Assembly: GCA_950097015.1 (NCBI GenBank)
Contig: CATNEN010000001.1
Coordinates: forward strand, 16,306,001 to 16,370,000
Direction of reading: 5' to 3'
DNA from: Macrostomum hystrix
Taxonomy: Eukaryota > Animalia > Platyhelminthes
DNA length: 64,000 bases
This document shows positions 48,811 through 61,960 of this stretch, piece after piece (within the stretch, counting starts at the first letter, position 1; each line of letters begins with the position of its first letter). The position numbers were made by a program, and so were the translations under genes. The notes under the pieces are model-generated. The model worked only from the letters and a program-made list of their open reading frames with translations. It searched no databases and was not told the DNA's origin.

Positions 48811-49361
48811 AGGAAACTGATTAAACATTGACTTCATAGAGCCATTCTGAAAAGAAATAGCTTCAACAATTTGTTGTTCGCCAGAAGTGGATATAAAAAT
48901 GCGGACATGAGCACTAGGTACACTGGAAAGGAGGTTTATAACCTCTACTTCGCTACTTTCACACTGAGCTGATTGATTCGACTGTGACAGTAGATTGTGC
49001 AGATCCTAGAGAATGACGCGTTTCCCTTGCTTTATCAAATGAGCTTGAATACGAATATTTGTTGCAGCCAAACTTCATCATTTGCGTCACTGCCTCTTTT
49101 TCTTGTTCTTCCAGTCGTCGTTGTGGAGGCAAGTTGGCAAATACTTCCTATGAACAATTCAAAAGAAGTTGAAATTTTATCAATTCAATATTTTTTGACT
49201 GCCCTAATTACAGCCAGTTAGGAGAATTGGGGTAGGAAAAGTAATGGATAGTTAGCTACTAGCAAGTTTTGCCCTCCCTCGAGGAGCAGAAATATTTATA
49301 ATTTGTCTCGAATTAGTCTTGAAGAATCTCAAGGAAACTTTATTTTCTATAATGAATTGGG

Positions 49362-49510
49362 GGACAATGATCCAATGATCCCCCAGTTAACAATGATGTC
49401 CCAGTTGACTATGATCCCCCCAGTTGACAATGATCCCCCAGTTGATGATGTTTCCCCAGTTGACAATAATCCCCCAGTTGATGATGATCCCCAACTTGAC
49501 TCAACTGTGG
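49362..49510. repeat. Degenerate ~18-bp tandem repeat
   Basis: GACAATGATCCCCCAGTT variants. Confidence 0.75.
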
Positions 49511-51015
49511 TTTTGCCATGAGTTAAACTCAGATTTAGTTATTCAAAAGGCAAAATCGAATTAAAAGTTTCAAAATTAAATACATTAATCAAAATAATCA
49601 TCAATCACTACTGATTGAAAAATAGTCTAAATGATTTGACGCAGTGCAGAGTTGAACCAGGGACACTTTGCCTAGCCTATTCCTAGTGCCTACACATCGG
49701 CTACTCCAACTGTTGGTTTGTGGATGCAAAAATGAGCCCTAAAAATGAATTCTCAAAGTTTTGGCTTAGTACAATGAAGTAAGAAAATCGAGTACACTTA
49801 GTCTGGGGCTAGGTTGTGTACATTTATTTCAAATTTATGTCCAGATTGTGCAGGCTTCTAACTCAGTCAGATTGTGCACAAGTTGACTATGCAATTCAAA
49901 TTCAGTGGCAGTCAGTGAAATTCTGAATACGCCAAGATGGTTTGACCTTTGAAAAAATGGGCAAAAAATAATTTTTTTTCGAACTTTTATCCTATTTAGA
50001 ATAAAACAATTTCTTAGCAAATAGATGTGTACCATTGCTGGAAAATTTGGCATCTTTTGACGAAAGAATGGTGAAAATTAGTTCAGCCATTTTTTCTCTA
50101 ATCAAAAGTGCAAGCAAGATTTTCATTTTAAGACGAAGAAAAATTAAGAAGACAATAATAAAAAAGGTCAATTGAGACCATTGAGACCATTACAAGAAAA
50201 ACTAGTTCTTGCTATTATAGCAATACATTAAATTTAAAAATACAAGAATTCAATAAATTAAAAAATTAATGTACCTCTGATTCGGCCTAACCTTTTGATT
50301 CAGAAACATGTGTGCCACTATTATAGCACACATAAACGACTTTGTAGTACTTCAACGCAACCTTTAGTGTAATTTTTGGGACTCGGCATTGAGCACTAGA
50401 AATAGTGCATGACTCTCTAATTTTCAATTGTACAAAACATGACTTCCCAAAATAACTAATAGCAGTATTTGGCTATTTCCACGAGTGTGACGGTCAAAGG
50501 TTGGTACATTAATTTCACAAAAAATATCTGAAAAAGGGGTTTTGCAGCCTTTTTTTCATCAAAAAAATAACCAACTAGATCTCTTGAACTTGTTTAACTT
50601 GTGACACAGAAGTTTTTGATTCTCAATTAATTTAGCTTATTGTGCATGTGACGGTCGAAGTTGAAGAACTCAAAAGTAAAGGGGAGTGAATTGTTTTTTA
50701 GTGTTTTCTTCGGTCTTTGTGATCTTAGAGCCATAAAAATCAACACACAAACTGGAAATTAGCCATTCTTAGTAATATATAATATTAAAGGCATACAAAC
50801 AAGCAGAAAATTTTTTTGACACTTTTCTCTTGTGATGGTCGAAGTGTGACGGTCGAAGGTACCAACTGTGAAAATTTTATTTTTAACTTTGGTATGGAAA
50901 TATAAGTGTCGGACTAATAAATTTTTACAGTAACCTTTTTCATAATTCTTTCATCATTTTTCATAATTTTTCATTAACTTGTACATAATAATATAGCAAC
51001 TACAACTAATAACAA

Positions 51016-51885
51016 TTAACAGACATTGGCATTGGTGCATTCAAGAAAGTCCCTCGAATCGGAAGTGGCCACGCGAATCTTTTGGGACTGGTGGCTGTCG
51101 ACTGGCGACAACGCTTCAATCTCATCGATGTCCAGTGCCGTTGGCCACGTGAATTTGTCCTTCGTTCGGCGCATGTACGATACCGTAATCCTCTCGCGAT
51201 CATCACTGACAGCGGATACCTGGCTGAGGTACCAGGTGTTGTCGCAGACAACAGCGACGAAGCTGTTGACTTCCGGTGTCACTAGCGGCAATTGAATGAC
51301 ATTAACCTGGACCACCTGGACCTCCTCAGTCTCACCAGCTTCGAACTCCACTGGCAATGGCACGTTCCACTGCTTCGCACCGAAGCAAGCACATTCGGCA
51401 GCGCAACTGCAGGCCAGCTCACGGTACATAATTCGCGATTCGCCATTCTCCTTTCGCGCATGATGCGCTTGTCCAAGGCCTGGCATAGGCGGAATGTACG
51501 GACGCTGAGCCTCCAACAGGATGGCGCACTGTTGAATGTCGTCCGTGGTTACCTGTTAAGGATAGCAGATACGAAGGAGCAAACTAAGAGTTAAGAAATG
51601 ACAATCAGGGGTGTGGCCCGATGGTGGACATACTACTACCAATAAAATGGATAATACTGAAGAATGGGCATGAATGTGCAAAATAAGGGTAAGCAAAAAT
51701 TAAGTAAAAACCTCAAGCAGAACAATGTGCGATTCGCAACGTTGGTTGCCGTTTACCGCCGCCTTGAGCTCGACAATGTTGGTGACGGACAGACCGGTTG
51801 CGACTGCACGGTCGCAGCTTCGCTTTATCGCTGCTCCGACGCCATCCGGAGCACCCTTTCCGTGGCCAGCTTCCGTAAACAAAAT
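51016..51885 (-). pseudogene. C-terminal remnant of a DDE transposase, probably Sola2-type
   Basis: FTEAGHGKGAPDGVGAAIKR motif, intron ~51712-51553, then a Cys-rich segment and a Tudor-like tail (FVAVVCDNTWY...FTWP). Repeated GTGACGGTCGAAG motifs at 50480-50860 look subterminal. Confidence 0.6.
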
Positions 51886-51949
51886 GCGACGAGAGATAAT
51901 GACTTTGTGACCACGCATAAAGGGATTTTTGTCAGCAGGAAGTTCACTT

Positions 51950-52875
51950 ACGGACGTTGAGAACAACACATTGGTTTTGTCGCATGGGCCAGCACAGGGT
52001 CACACAGGGCCAGCATCTCAAACACAAAATCGCAGCCAAACATCTGGTACTGCAAACTATCGTCGTCCTTGCAGTTTGGGTTTTCCGCACGGAAGGCCTT
52101 GTGCAGAGCCTGTGCAAAAAAGTGTAATACTAATGCGAGCATCGAGTACGAGTATTTTTATGGCAGCCATTACTTACACCATAAGAAGACGCGATGGCCT
52201 CCCACTGCTTCATAGCTGAGCTGGCGAAGCGATGTGTCGCAAATGAGGAGATGCACCTGGCGCCCGCCTCCGTCGCTTCTTCTAAAGCGGCAAAGCCCCG
52301 GCCTCAACCAAACTGGTGGGAAAATTCGTTGGTCCGCTTTACAAACCGGCTGAAGAACTCTCCGTTGGGGTTTCGGCCATCGCGGACATCGGTGACCGCC
52401 AGGTTCAAAAAGTGCGCCGCATCCCAGCTGATGGGCACAAACTGCTTGTCATCGACGTCGATATTCAACTGCCTGCGCAACGCATCTGCATACGGCCGAT
52501 TGTGGATGTACTGACCATCGGCGCTGACGATACTACGAAGGGGAGGATCGAATACTCGTACCGTCTCCAACAGCAATTTGGCTAGGGCTTCGCCTCCTGC
52601 GTCCATACCGCTGTCGTAAATCGGAGGTGCGCCAGCCGGGATAGCCAAAGCTTCACCAGATTGGTCCCTGTGAATTGCAGGAAATTCGCTTTTAAATAAT
52701 TATTATGAAAGGCAGTAGGGATTAGGAGAAATCATGTCTTCAGTAATGCGATGCGAGGTAATTCTACCTGGCCAACACCATCACCGCTTGGTAAGTGATG
52801 CGCGACGGCGTGCTTTTGTCGCACGTGAGGCAGATGAGCGGCGGGAGACCCGTTGATGGCAGGGATGCGCGCAGA
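51950..52875 (-). pseudogene. Catalytic-core remnant of a hAT-like transposase
   Basis: Spliced reading LICLTCDKSTP...|...SADGQY...WDAAHFLNLAVTD...(internal TGA at 52304)...FATHRFASS. Confidence 0.55.
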
Positions 52876-55044
52876 AACTGGCTGGTGCTCCTGTCGACGA
52901 AGACAGCACTGAGGCTCGAGCAACTGCTGGCGTAGGAACGGATTCTGTGGCCGAAAGCCCCTGAGCTGACAGCTTTGCCAATGTAGTGCTAAGATTAGCA
53001 ATTTGCTGCGACTGCTTCGCAATAAAATCGCTCAGATTGGCAATCTGCTGCCACTGCTTCGCCAGTTGCTCATTCTGCGCTGCTAGCAACCTTATCATCG
53101 CTGATAGGCTGGCAGTTGAAGACTCCCACTCATTAACACCCTCGATTCCAGATCCTGAGATGCAGGAAACTTCCGATGGGAAGCGCATGCGTCCTACTCT
53201 AAAGTCATGTGTCGATTCTCGTACATCAGCTGCAGACACATGATTTCTAACGTCACCAGCTAGGTTGATGGGAGCAGGAATGTTGGCAGCAGTTATCTCC
53301 AGCTCTGACTATCCAGTGTTGTCAGGTGCATTACTTTCAGTCGCTTTGGAAGCTGCTTCTTCCTGTACTATGTCATCTGTCCTGGACCGCAGCAGCTGCT
53401 GCACCAGCAGACTGTCTTGCGAGGCAAACTCTGGGCGCTGCAGAACAGTGCCCTTGGCATCTGCATGATGGTTCGCAATGTGCCGTTTCCTCGACGACTC
53501 GTTCCCTCGGTACAATCGGCATTGCACAATGACCTTTCCAGCCCTGAGGCAATTCAAGCAGTAATGGACATTGCAAGTAACTCGCCTTTCTTGGATGGTG
53601 GTTCATCTTTGGATGTTATGGGTCCAGTGGCACTAGAGGTGGAAGAGTCTGTCCATAGTTCGTTTTCCAAATTGTCTTGCCCATGGACCAGCTAGTCCAT
53701 CTCCATGGGCCTGCGCAGGAGCAGGAGAAACAGAGTATGTTGATTAATGATATAAAAGTAACATGATATTATGAAGAAGCAAAGAAATGCTTTAATAACT
53801 CTTGAACTTATTCTTGAAAAATTTTTTTAAATGAAAAATTTATATTTGAGAATTATATTTGAGAATTTGACAATATGAAAATGCTTAAATGAAACTAGTA
53901 GATTATTACAGTGAGGGGAGAGGAGAGAGAGGGTAGGGGAGGGTGAGGGGTCTAGGCCAACGGAGGGACCTTACAGGGAGGGGGTTCGAACCAGGGACCT
54001 TATGGGGAGGGGGGTTCGAACCAGGGGCCTTTAGTAGTTTATATTATTTTTTGAATGTTTGAAGGTAGAAGGTTTGAAGATATACTACAGTTTAGAGCCT
54101 GTGGCTGTTCGGTTGCTAATAGTTCTAAGAGTACGGCTTCTTAAAAGCCTAATGGGAATACGTCTCCAATATTGTTACGGGCTTAGGTAGTATATATGCA
54201 TGGTAGATTTGCAAGGCAGTTCAAATAAAGGATAACGTAACATGGCGTAAAAAACAAAACAATGACCGCACCACGAAATAAATTCCTGTTCTATTTATAC
54301 ATGGCAGCTAATACAACAGATAAAACATGCAAATTAAAAAATTAATTATAAAAAGCAGTCACGGGTAGTAAAAAAGTGCAATGGTTAAACCGCTGGTGAG
54401 ACTATAGAGAGTAGCAACGCAAAAAGACGATTGATTGTTTTTGTCTAACGGGTATTTGGGACAGTACTGAGTCAGAAAAGAACGACTAGCCCTAGTTAAA
54501 CAAATAAAACACAATGGGCTTCAAAAACCTCAGCTTTCCAATTACCGAAAGCTTCTAATAAACACAAGAAATGTTTTGCACTTTTACTATAGTTTGATGA
54601 CGTTAGCACCTTTATTTCTTTATTTCTTACCTACAGGTTGTAGGTATTACGTTACACTTGACCTATCAGTATCAATTAAATATGGAATATGTATAGGCTC
54701 AGGACCTAGATCATTTCTGGCTGACAATGAATGTATACTCAGTGTGGCTACCGTTGGCAGTGCGCTAAAATGACTTTTCTGTGCTATTGCGCTACTATTT
54801 CCATGTATTGGACAAGTAAAGTAAAGCACAAAAAGTGCTTTACTTTTGTAAGTAAGAAAAAGTAATTCTTACAAAAAATTTTCTTACTTACAAAAGTAAA
54901 GCCTGCAATCAGAGTGCAGGCTTGTCAGTCTACGTCAGTTGGGTGCTAGGTGGGGAGTTAGGTTTGGGTGGCTAGGTGGGCAGTTGGGTGGCTAGGTGGG
55001 GAGTTCGGTGGCTAGGTGCGGAGTTGGGTGTCTAGATAAGGAGT

Positions 55045-55378
55045 TTAGTGGCAAGGTGGGGAGTTCATGAAGTCAAACGGATTTTCCGAGTTATAGGCCG
55101 AGTCACAGCCCAGCTTGATAAGCAGCCGATCCGCCACAAACTCTATGTAGCGGCAAATGGCTTTGCTGTCTATGCCGATGAGTGACACAGGCACCGCCGT
55201 TGTCAGAACGCTCTGCTCGATGCGCACCGCGTCGCACACGATCTCCAAGATGCGATGCGCGGGCGGCCGCTTGAGGTGGCGGAACATCAGGCAGGTAAAG
55301 TCCATATTGAGGCCCTGGCTGATCAACTTTTGGCTGATCTTCAGGCCGGGCATTAGGACGCACCTCTTCAGCCAGTAT
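55045..55378 (-). pseudogene. RRM2: Ribonucleotide reductase small subunit (R2) C-terminal fragment, degenerate
   Basis: YWLKRCVLMPGL...GLNMDFTCLMF...AVRIEQ...LIG...YIEFVADRLL..LG...ENPFDFM aligns by eye to RRM2. The RDEGLH iron-ligand motif is damaged; the N-terminus and C-terminal tail are missing. Confidence 0.85.
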
Positions 55379-57304
55379 CCACATTCTTGCGCACAATTAA
55401 AAAATTATACAATATTATACAACACTATAATATAATTAATACAAACTCAGTGCTTAGCTATGCTCACCTGGTCCTGGTCTTGGACTTTGTTCACAATGAG
55501 TGCCATCTTCACGACTCAGCCTCAGAATCAGATGAATCAGAGGAATCAGTCTGAGACTGAGACATAGCTTTCTTTAAAAGATTTAAAGAAAGTTTTAGTC
55601 CTAAGCTTTGAAGTTTTAAACTTAGTTTTAAGCTTGAGATATAGAATATGAATGGGCACTTTCAAATAAAAATAATGAAGAACTTAGTTACTTAAACTAT
55701 TTACTATAATACAAAAACTAAACTGACAAGCAAGCAAGAGTCAAGACAAGTAAGACTACACTAGGCCTAACTAAGACTTGAGTCACTTGACTCTAGCTCT
55801 AGTCAGTTAGTCACTTGATTTGATTATCGTACGAGCGTATTTCAAATTCAAAGTGAAGCAAAAAAATATTAAATATATACGAGTATATATATATACTATA
55901 CAAGCAAATTACTAAGCAAATATATGTAATCCCTAGTAACACACTTCGTCGCGGCAACGTCGCGTAAACGTCGCAAAGTTACGTCGCGGGAAAGGGTGAT
56001 ATGTCGCGCCACGCGACGTCGCGTTAACGTCGTTGCGCGACGTCGCGCTGAGGTCATAGCGCGACGATTACGCGACCACTATTAATACTGTATTCACAGA
56101 TAATTTCTTCGCAGTTTTTGTATTTTGCCATGCATACGTACGCACGACATACGTATACATACGTAACGCGCTTGAAATTCCGATCCAATCAGTGTAAAGC
56201 AGTTTTTAAGCCGGTTTTAAGCCGTAAGCAGTTTTTAAATGCTGAAATTCACATCAGGAAACGCCAAGACATGACTGAGGCAAAACTTAACGATCAGGCT
56301 GCATCTGTGTGCAGCTTTTTCTTTTATTCTCTGCGCGCGATCTGGGATAAAGAACTGGAATCGAATTGTGCGGCGCGTTTCGATAGAGACTGAACGAGTA
56401 AAACCCGTATAACAATTTAACGTAGTTTAAGTAAAATGACAGATAGCGAGTAAAATTATGGAGACAAAGCGAAAATGACAGTAAAATACGGAGAGATTAG
56501 GAGATTAAAATTGAGATTATATTGCTGAACATAATAGATCCATAAGATTATATGTATGGATGATAAAGGGAACGACGCTGAGCTAAATTAAATAGCGTGT
56601 AACGTGTCTAACGCGTGCGATTTGGGTCATTCGCGTCCCAGCGGAAAATGCACCGCTGGAACAACGTTGTCTACAAACGGCGGACCAACGGCTACAAGTG
56701 TCCGGCGCAAAAACGTTGGTACAACGGCGGCATGCGATGGTTATGCAACGCTAAACCGGCGCAAACCAACGCCTGTGAAGTCGATTGCGGGTGCACTTTT
56801 ATGCATACTTTTCGGGCATACATTTGAATTTCTTCAAGAAAAAGATAATGAGACGAAAGTGAAACAATGAATTTGTGTTTTCTTGTTAAATTGGCCATAG
56901 CTCGTACAATGATACAAATACGTTGCACGCGCGTTGCGCACAATATTTTATTTATATAAAAATGGCGTTTTTATGATCGAAATGACAGATTATTAACAGA
57001 TTCAGTTGACAAAGTTTAGTTATATAGAAATAATCACAACGTAAAGTGACAGTAATGTAAGTTTCGCACAAGGTTCGCGCATTTTACATGTCATTAAACT
57101 TGAACAGTTGCCATTTTGCTCCCCTTACTAACTCCGTCACTGCTCAATTGTCTTACTAAATCGACTGTCTTTCTGTCGCTGAAAATAATAAGCATGCAAA
57201 AAAGAATTACTCAGTGCTCTGGCCTATTATAATTTTATTAATTAACTTGACTTTGGAACTGTAACTTACTCAACACTGGTCACTAGTCATTAATCATAGT
57301 ACGC

Positions 57305-60021
57305 TTAATTGCTGTCGCTGTCATTGCTCACGCTGCTGCTGCTGCTGCCGCTGCTGACGAAGGCGACGGCACCGCGACTTCGCTTGGGGCCCCGTAGCTG
57401 GCTTTTCGCAGCAGGAAGTTTCGACCGCTTCTCGCCAGATCTCCTGTTGTCCTTACCAGCCTTCAGAGTTGCGATCACGGCCTTCTCCACCTCGCTCTCG
57501 GCCGGCTCGCACTCAGCTGGCTGGGGCTTGCTGGCGCCGTAGATTGATCTGACGGATTCTATAAAGATTTTTATTTAAGCTTTATCTTAAAAGACGAGAA
57601 CTGTACTTGCTAGCTAGGCAGCGGCATATATTACAGCGAAAAGCTTACGTTTAATAATAGGAAGAAACGTGGCGCGAAAAGCCAACTGCCCATCGGATAG
57701 AGAAGAGCCCGACAGCTTCTGCAGTCCCTTGCCATTGTAGTTCACTCGGGCAAGCATTTTGTCAGACAGGATTTTTCGCACCATTCTGCGTACTGTGTCG
57801 CGTGTTGTAGCGGACTTGCACAGACGAAGATGTGGTTTCTGTAGAAATAAAACGATTCATGCTGCAGAGACAAAGTACGTCAACAATCGAGCAGAGAATT
57901 CCCAGATGGTCCTGTTGAGCCATGCTGAATTCTTATTAGGGCAATTAATCAAACCTCGGAATTATATGCATTTTTTCTACTTTAACATCCTGCCTACCGA
58001 AAAAACTATTTCGAACGTAACTCACTCATGATTAATGAAGCAGATGAGGTCCGATTTTACCGAATACAAATATTTTAGCCAAGAGCGTCTATTCTACCCA
58101 GTGTACAAATAGTCATTAATGAGTACTTCATGCAATTAACTAAAATTACTTACCCGTAAGTAAAAGTACAACCTTAATTTCAAGCTGCATTCCGGTGACT
58201 GGAGCAGCAGCAACGGAAAAGTATACGAGCTTGTAAGATATACAGCAAGCATTCATACTGCAAGACAGATAAGCAAGCATGTATACATCATCTATACAAA
58301 AAAACTACGCCCGCAATTATGAAGTAAGAAGTCACAGAATTCACGAAAAACTTACCAGATCGTTGGCCAATTCCGGATTATTAGCGTAGCAAATGTAATC
58401 CTCCCAGGAATCAACAGGCAAATTAGATTCTGCGGAAGCCACAGATCCGCCGCCGGAGTCACCGCCGATGTAACCAGCTTGGAGCAGCCCCTTGACTTTG
58501 TTTACGGCAGCAATGCACATGCTTGTCCGACGAAGGTTGAACAGTCCAAGCAGGCACAGTCCTTCAGACGAATTAAGATCAACACCCAGCTTATCCTCCA
58601 TCTTAGACCGTAGGGTGGTGAGGCTGCTGGCACCGAAATTCAAAGATGCTAAATCAGCAAAATCAGGACATGATTGCAGCGCGCTCAGTTGCTCTCGATT
58701 CGTTGTCCTGCATTGGATAACCGAACCCTGTCGTGATGCACGACTCCAGAATCCAGAATCGACTCCAGAGGCACCAGAATGGTGTCGTGGTGTGGCTGAT
58801 GACCCAGGTGACTCAGTCGTCAGTTCATTGCTTCGAAGGAACGATCCCTGCCGTGATGCACCCGAATGATGTCGTGATGTGGCTGATGAAGCACCAGGTG
58901 GCTCAGCCGTCAGTCGATCGCCTTGAGGGCACGAGCTCTGCCCTGCAGGCCGGGGAGACTTTGACACAGTTGAAGCCGATTCAGAAACCAGCATAGATGG
59001 TGGGAGTGGCGGTAACAGGAGCTCTGATGTGGGCCCAGCTGTATACAGTGAAGCCATAGTTTGCGATTCGCCACCGAGGGGCTGGGCGGAAGCACTGATT
59101 GGCTGATCGATGTTAGTATCTTCCACTTGATCGTCAGATTCAGTCTGCAGATTCTAGAAAAGAAAGAAAAATGATAAAACAAGATAAGCATATATAGGCA
59201 CACTCATTTTGCTTAAGGCCTAGATCGTTTACGGTGCAACGTTGGTTCGGGTAGGCACAGCTCGTTTTCCAATATAGCTTATAAACCATTTTACTGCTAC
59301 TGCTACTTAACTACATGAGAAGATAAGTATGGCAAAATAATTGGTTAAATGAGCATGCGCGGAGCCGATGCTGAGTTCATTTCAAAATTTCCATTTTAAA
59401 TTTCACAAATATAATGCTACGGACGCTGACTAAAAGATAAGAAAGTAAATATTTACCTCGACTGGCATAAACCTTTGCCTTTTGTTACAATCGGCCACTC
59501 GGGAGACGAGTTGCAAAAGAGTATCAATTTTGCAGTTTTTCCTGCGTCTGAAGGCTCGCAACCAGTCAACAACACTCGAAGCTTCAACTCCGTTAGGAAC
59601 AACCTGAAATTAAAAATTAGTAATGGCTTAGCTAATTTGGCCTCCTAAAAAGTATAAAAGAAACTTCTTATTTGGAAAATAATTTGAAAAGAAATAGCAT
59701 AGTTTATTTACCTTGGCTTAATTTATAAATTTATAAATATTTCTTATAGTATATTGCATTATGATTATTATATATTATATACAATGTGCTTATCTTATTA
59801 TCACTAGCAGTTCAGATAGCAAGAAAATGTTTCAATTGTAAAAAACTGACCTGCAAGATTGTACATGGCCACACTTGATTGTCGTAGAAAGCAGTCACTA
59901 CAGCCTTAGTCTTCAGCTGTCGCCATTCGTCGATGCTAAACGATTCAAACTGGTTCAGGCAGATGTCTTCGCCAGAAACCTCAACGATCTTGTCTTTATG
60001 AAAAATGACGATAAACTTCAT
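57305..60021 (-). CDS. Transposon accessory protein with DUF4806/BEN-like C-terminal domain (5 exons, apparently intact)
   Basis: Exons 60021-59851, 59603-59457, 59153-58356, 57838-57649 and 57558-57305 join in frame without stops; TVRRMVRKILSDKMLARVNYNGK motif. Confidence 0.7.
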
Positions 60022-60042
60022 TGCTGAAAAATAGAGAATTGC

Positions 60043-61960
60043 TTAGCAGAAGGGAGCAACGAAAAATTCATTTCCGCATTCCGGGATCAGAATACACTTA
60101 GAGCTTGCAATGCCAGAGACTTTTTCTTGCGACAAATAGTAGAAGCCAATGTTAAGCGCCTCAGATAAATAGGGATAAGCATAGAGAGGTCGACGAAACT
60201 TCAAAACACGTCCTGAAACAACTCCAGCCTCGACTGATCGAACTAGCACAGGGACGCCGCAAATGATTGCGCAATTGTTTGGTGAAGCTGTAGAAAAAAA
60301 CAGATCAGCCTCTGGATGGGACGTCAGCGTAGATCTTACATTAAGAAACTGATTATAGACATGTTGAAAAGTAAAGCGCGTTACAACAATTCTTCGCTTG
60401 ACGTGGCCCAGATAGTTCTCGAAGTCAAAGGTTGAAAAGTTATTCAAAGTTCCATAGCGGAGTACAAATTCGTAAAAGTGCAGCAACACATGGACATTGT
60501 ACGAAAGTGATGATTTCCCATATAGCTGCTCCATGTCACGGACAAAGATCTCAATGCAACATTTGGCATGGGAATAAAGTACTTCAATGCCAGATGAAAA
60601 AAACATACATTGCGAAGTGCAAGAGCAAAAAATGGTGATAGTTCCGTTGAGGAACAAACTTTTTGAAAAAGTAGGGACCCAGATACAGAAGAAATAATCG
60701 ATATTCGGTTGCTTTGAAGTGCGCTAGCTCGCTGTCAAGGCGACGTGGACGGCGCTGAAATTCGGCAGGAATGAACTTTGCGCAGTGCTCAATAAAATCA
60801 GACAACTCAGCCAGCTTTGTGCGAGATATTTTGCAACGAGAGCCAAACGCAGAAGAAAAAAGATACTTAAAAAGCTTGCGTGTGACACCCAAGCAGACAG
60901 CATGCTGATAGTCAGGTGGGAAGCAAGAGTACAAGCCAATCATCGGCACGGCTGTGACAAGTGGAGTGGAACAATCACGTTTTTGATTGCTCTCTCCTAC
61001 ACGAGAGTAACATTCATCTGTTCTAGCTTCACTCACTTGTGCTGGAAAAATGACACGATGTTCAGCATAGCTACACAAAGCGCGGCAATAGTTGCAACCA
61101 ACTCGAGAATTATGACCCAAAACATTACAAATGAATGAGCGTGCAGGTGCATCACAAACAAAAATGACTTTACGAAACTGAATCAAATGATCCTGCACAG
61201 TTACACCATTTTCCATGAAATTCCTCAGTTCAGCACAGAAATCAGTTAGAAAGACATCTAACTGTGGTTTTTTTTGCCAACAAAAACAGCAACAGGGAGT
61301 GGGCGAGCGAAGGCAGAAATTTTCAAAAGAATTGGCCAAGCGGATAGTAAAGAACTATTGTACAGCGGCATCCCATCTATGTTAACAACAACATCCACTA
61401 GAAGCGCGAGTGTGACAGGGTCACGAGCACACTTGTCAAACTCAAAAAGCGTGTTCTTGATGCAGAATTCCAGGTTTTTAGCAATCGACACATATGAAAA
61501 CTGTCCAGTTTTCATAGTCCCAACTATCTCAGTGGCATGAATCGAGTCCTTGCTTTGTTTCTTGAGCAGATAGACAGAAGGCGGAACAGGCACTCCATGG
61601 CGGCAGAGAAGCGAGAGCAGGTGCTGCATGGCCATCCGAGGGATGTTGAACAGAACAAAGAAGAGTAGCAGTTGTGCCCAGACTGTCTTTCACAAGTTCT
61701 CCAGAGGGATCCTGACTAAAAGAAGCAGAATCCTGCTCCAACTCATCGACAAGGTCATCAGAATCACTCTCATCAGAACCATTGAGAAAACGAGTGAGAG
61801 CATCAACCTCTGACTCAATGTCCAACTCATCAAAATCTTGCTCCCCCATGAAAGCCTCGTCCTCATCAACATTACTTTGGATCTCTTCTTCACCAGCAGG
61901 GGTGGAGATTTCCCGAATTAGGTCCTTGATCACATTGCGATTAAATGTTCTTTTAGACAT
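60043..61960 (-). pseudogene. EnSpm/CMC-type DDE transposase with three frameshifts
   Basis: NIDGMPLYNSS..WPIL, CDAPARSFI, GHNSRVGCNYC, DYQHAVCLGV, FKATEYR, SYNVHVLLH and FDFENYLG spread over four overlapping ORFs; shifts near 61685, 61270 (A8 run) and 60600 (T7 run). Confidence 0.85.

Noticed and set aside
54937-55045. Telomeric repeat or telomere-healing site
   Set aside because: G-rich but not a TTAGGG array.
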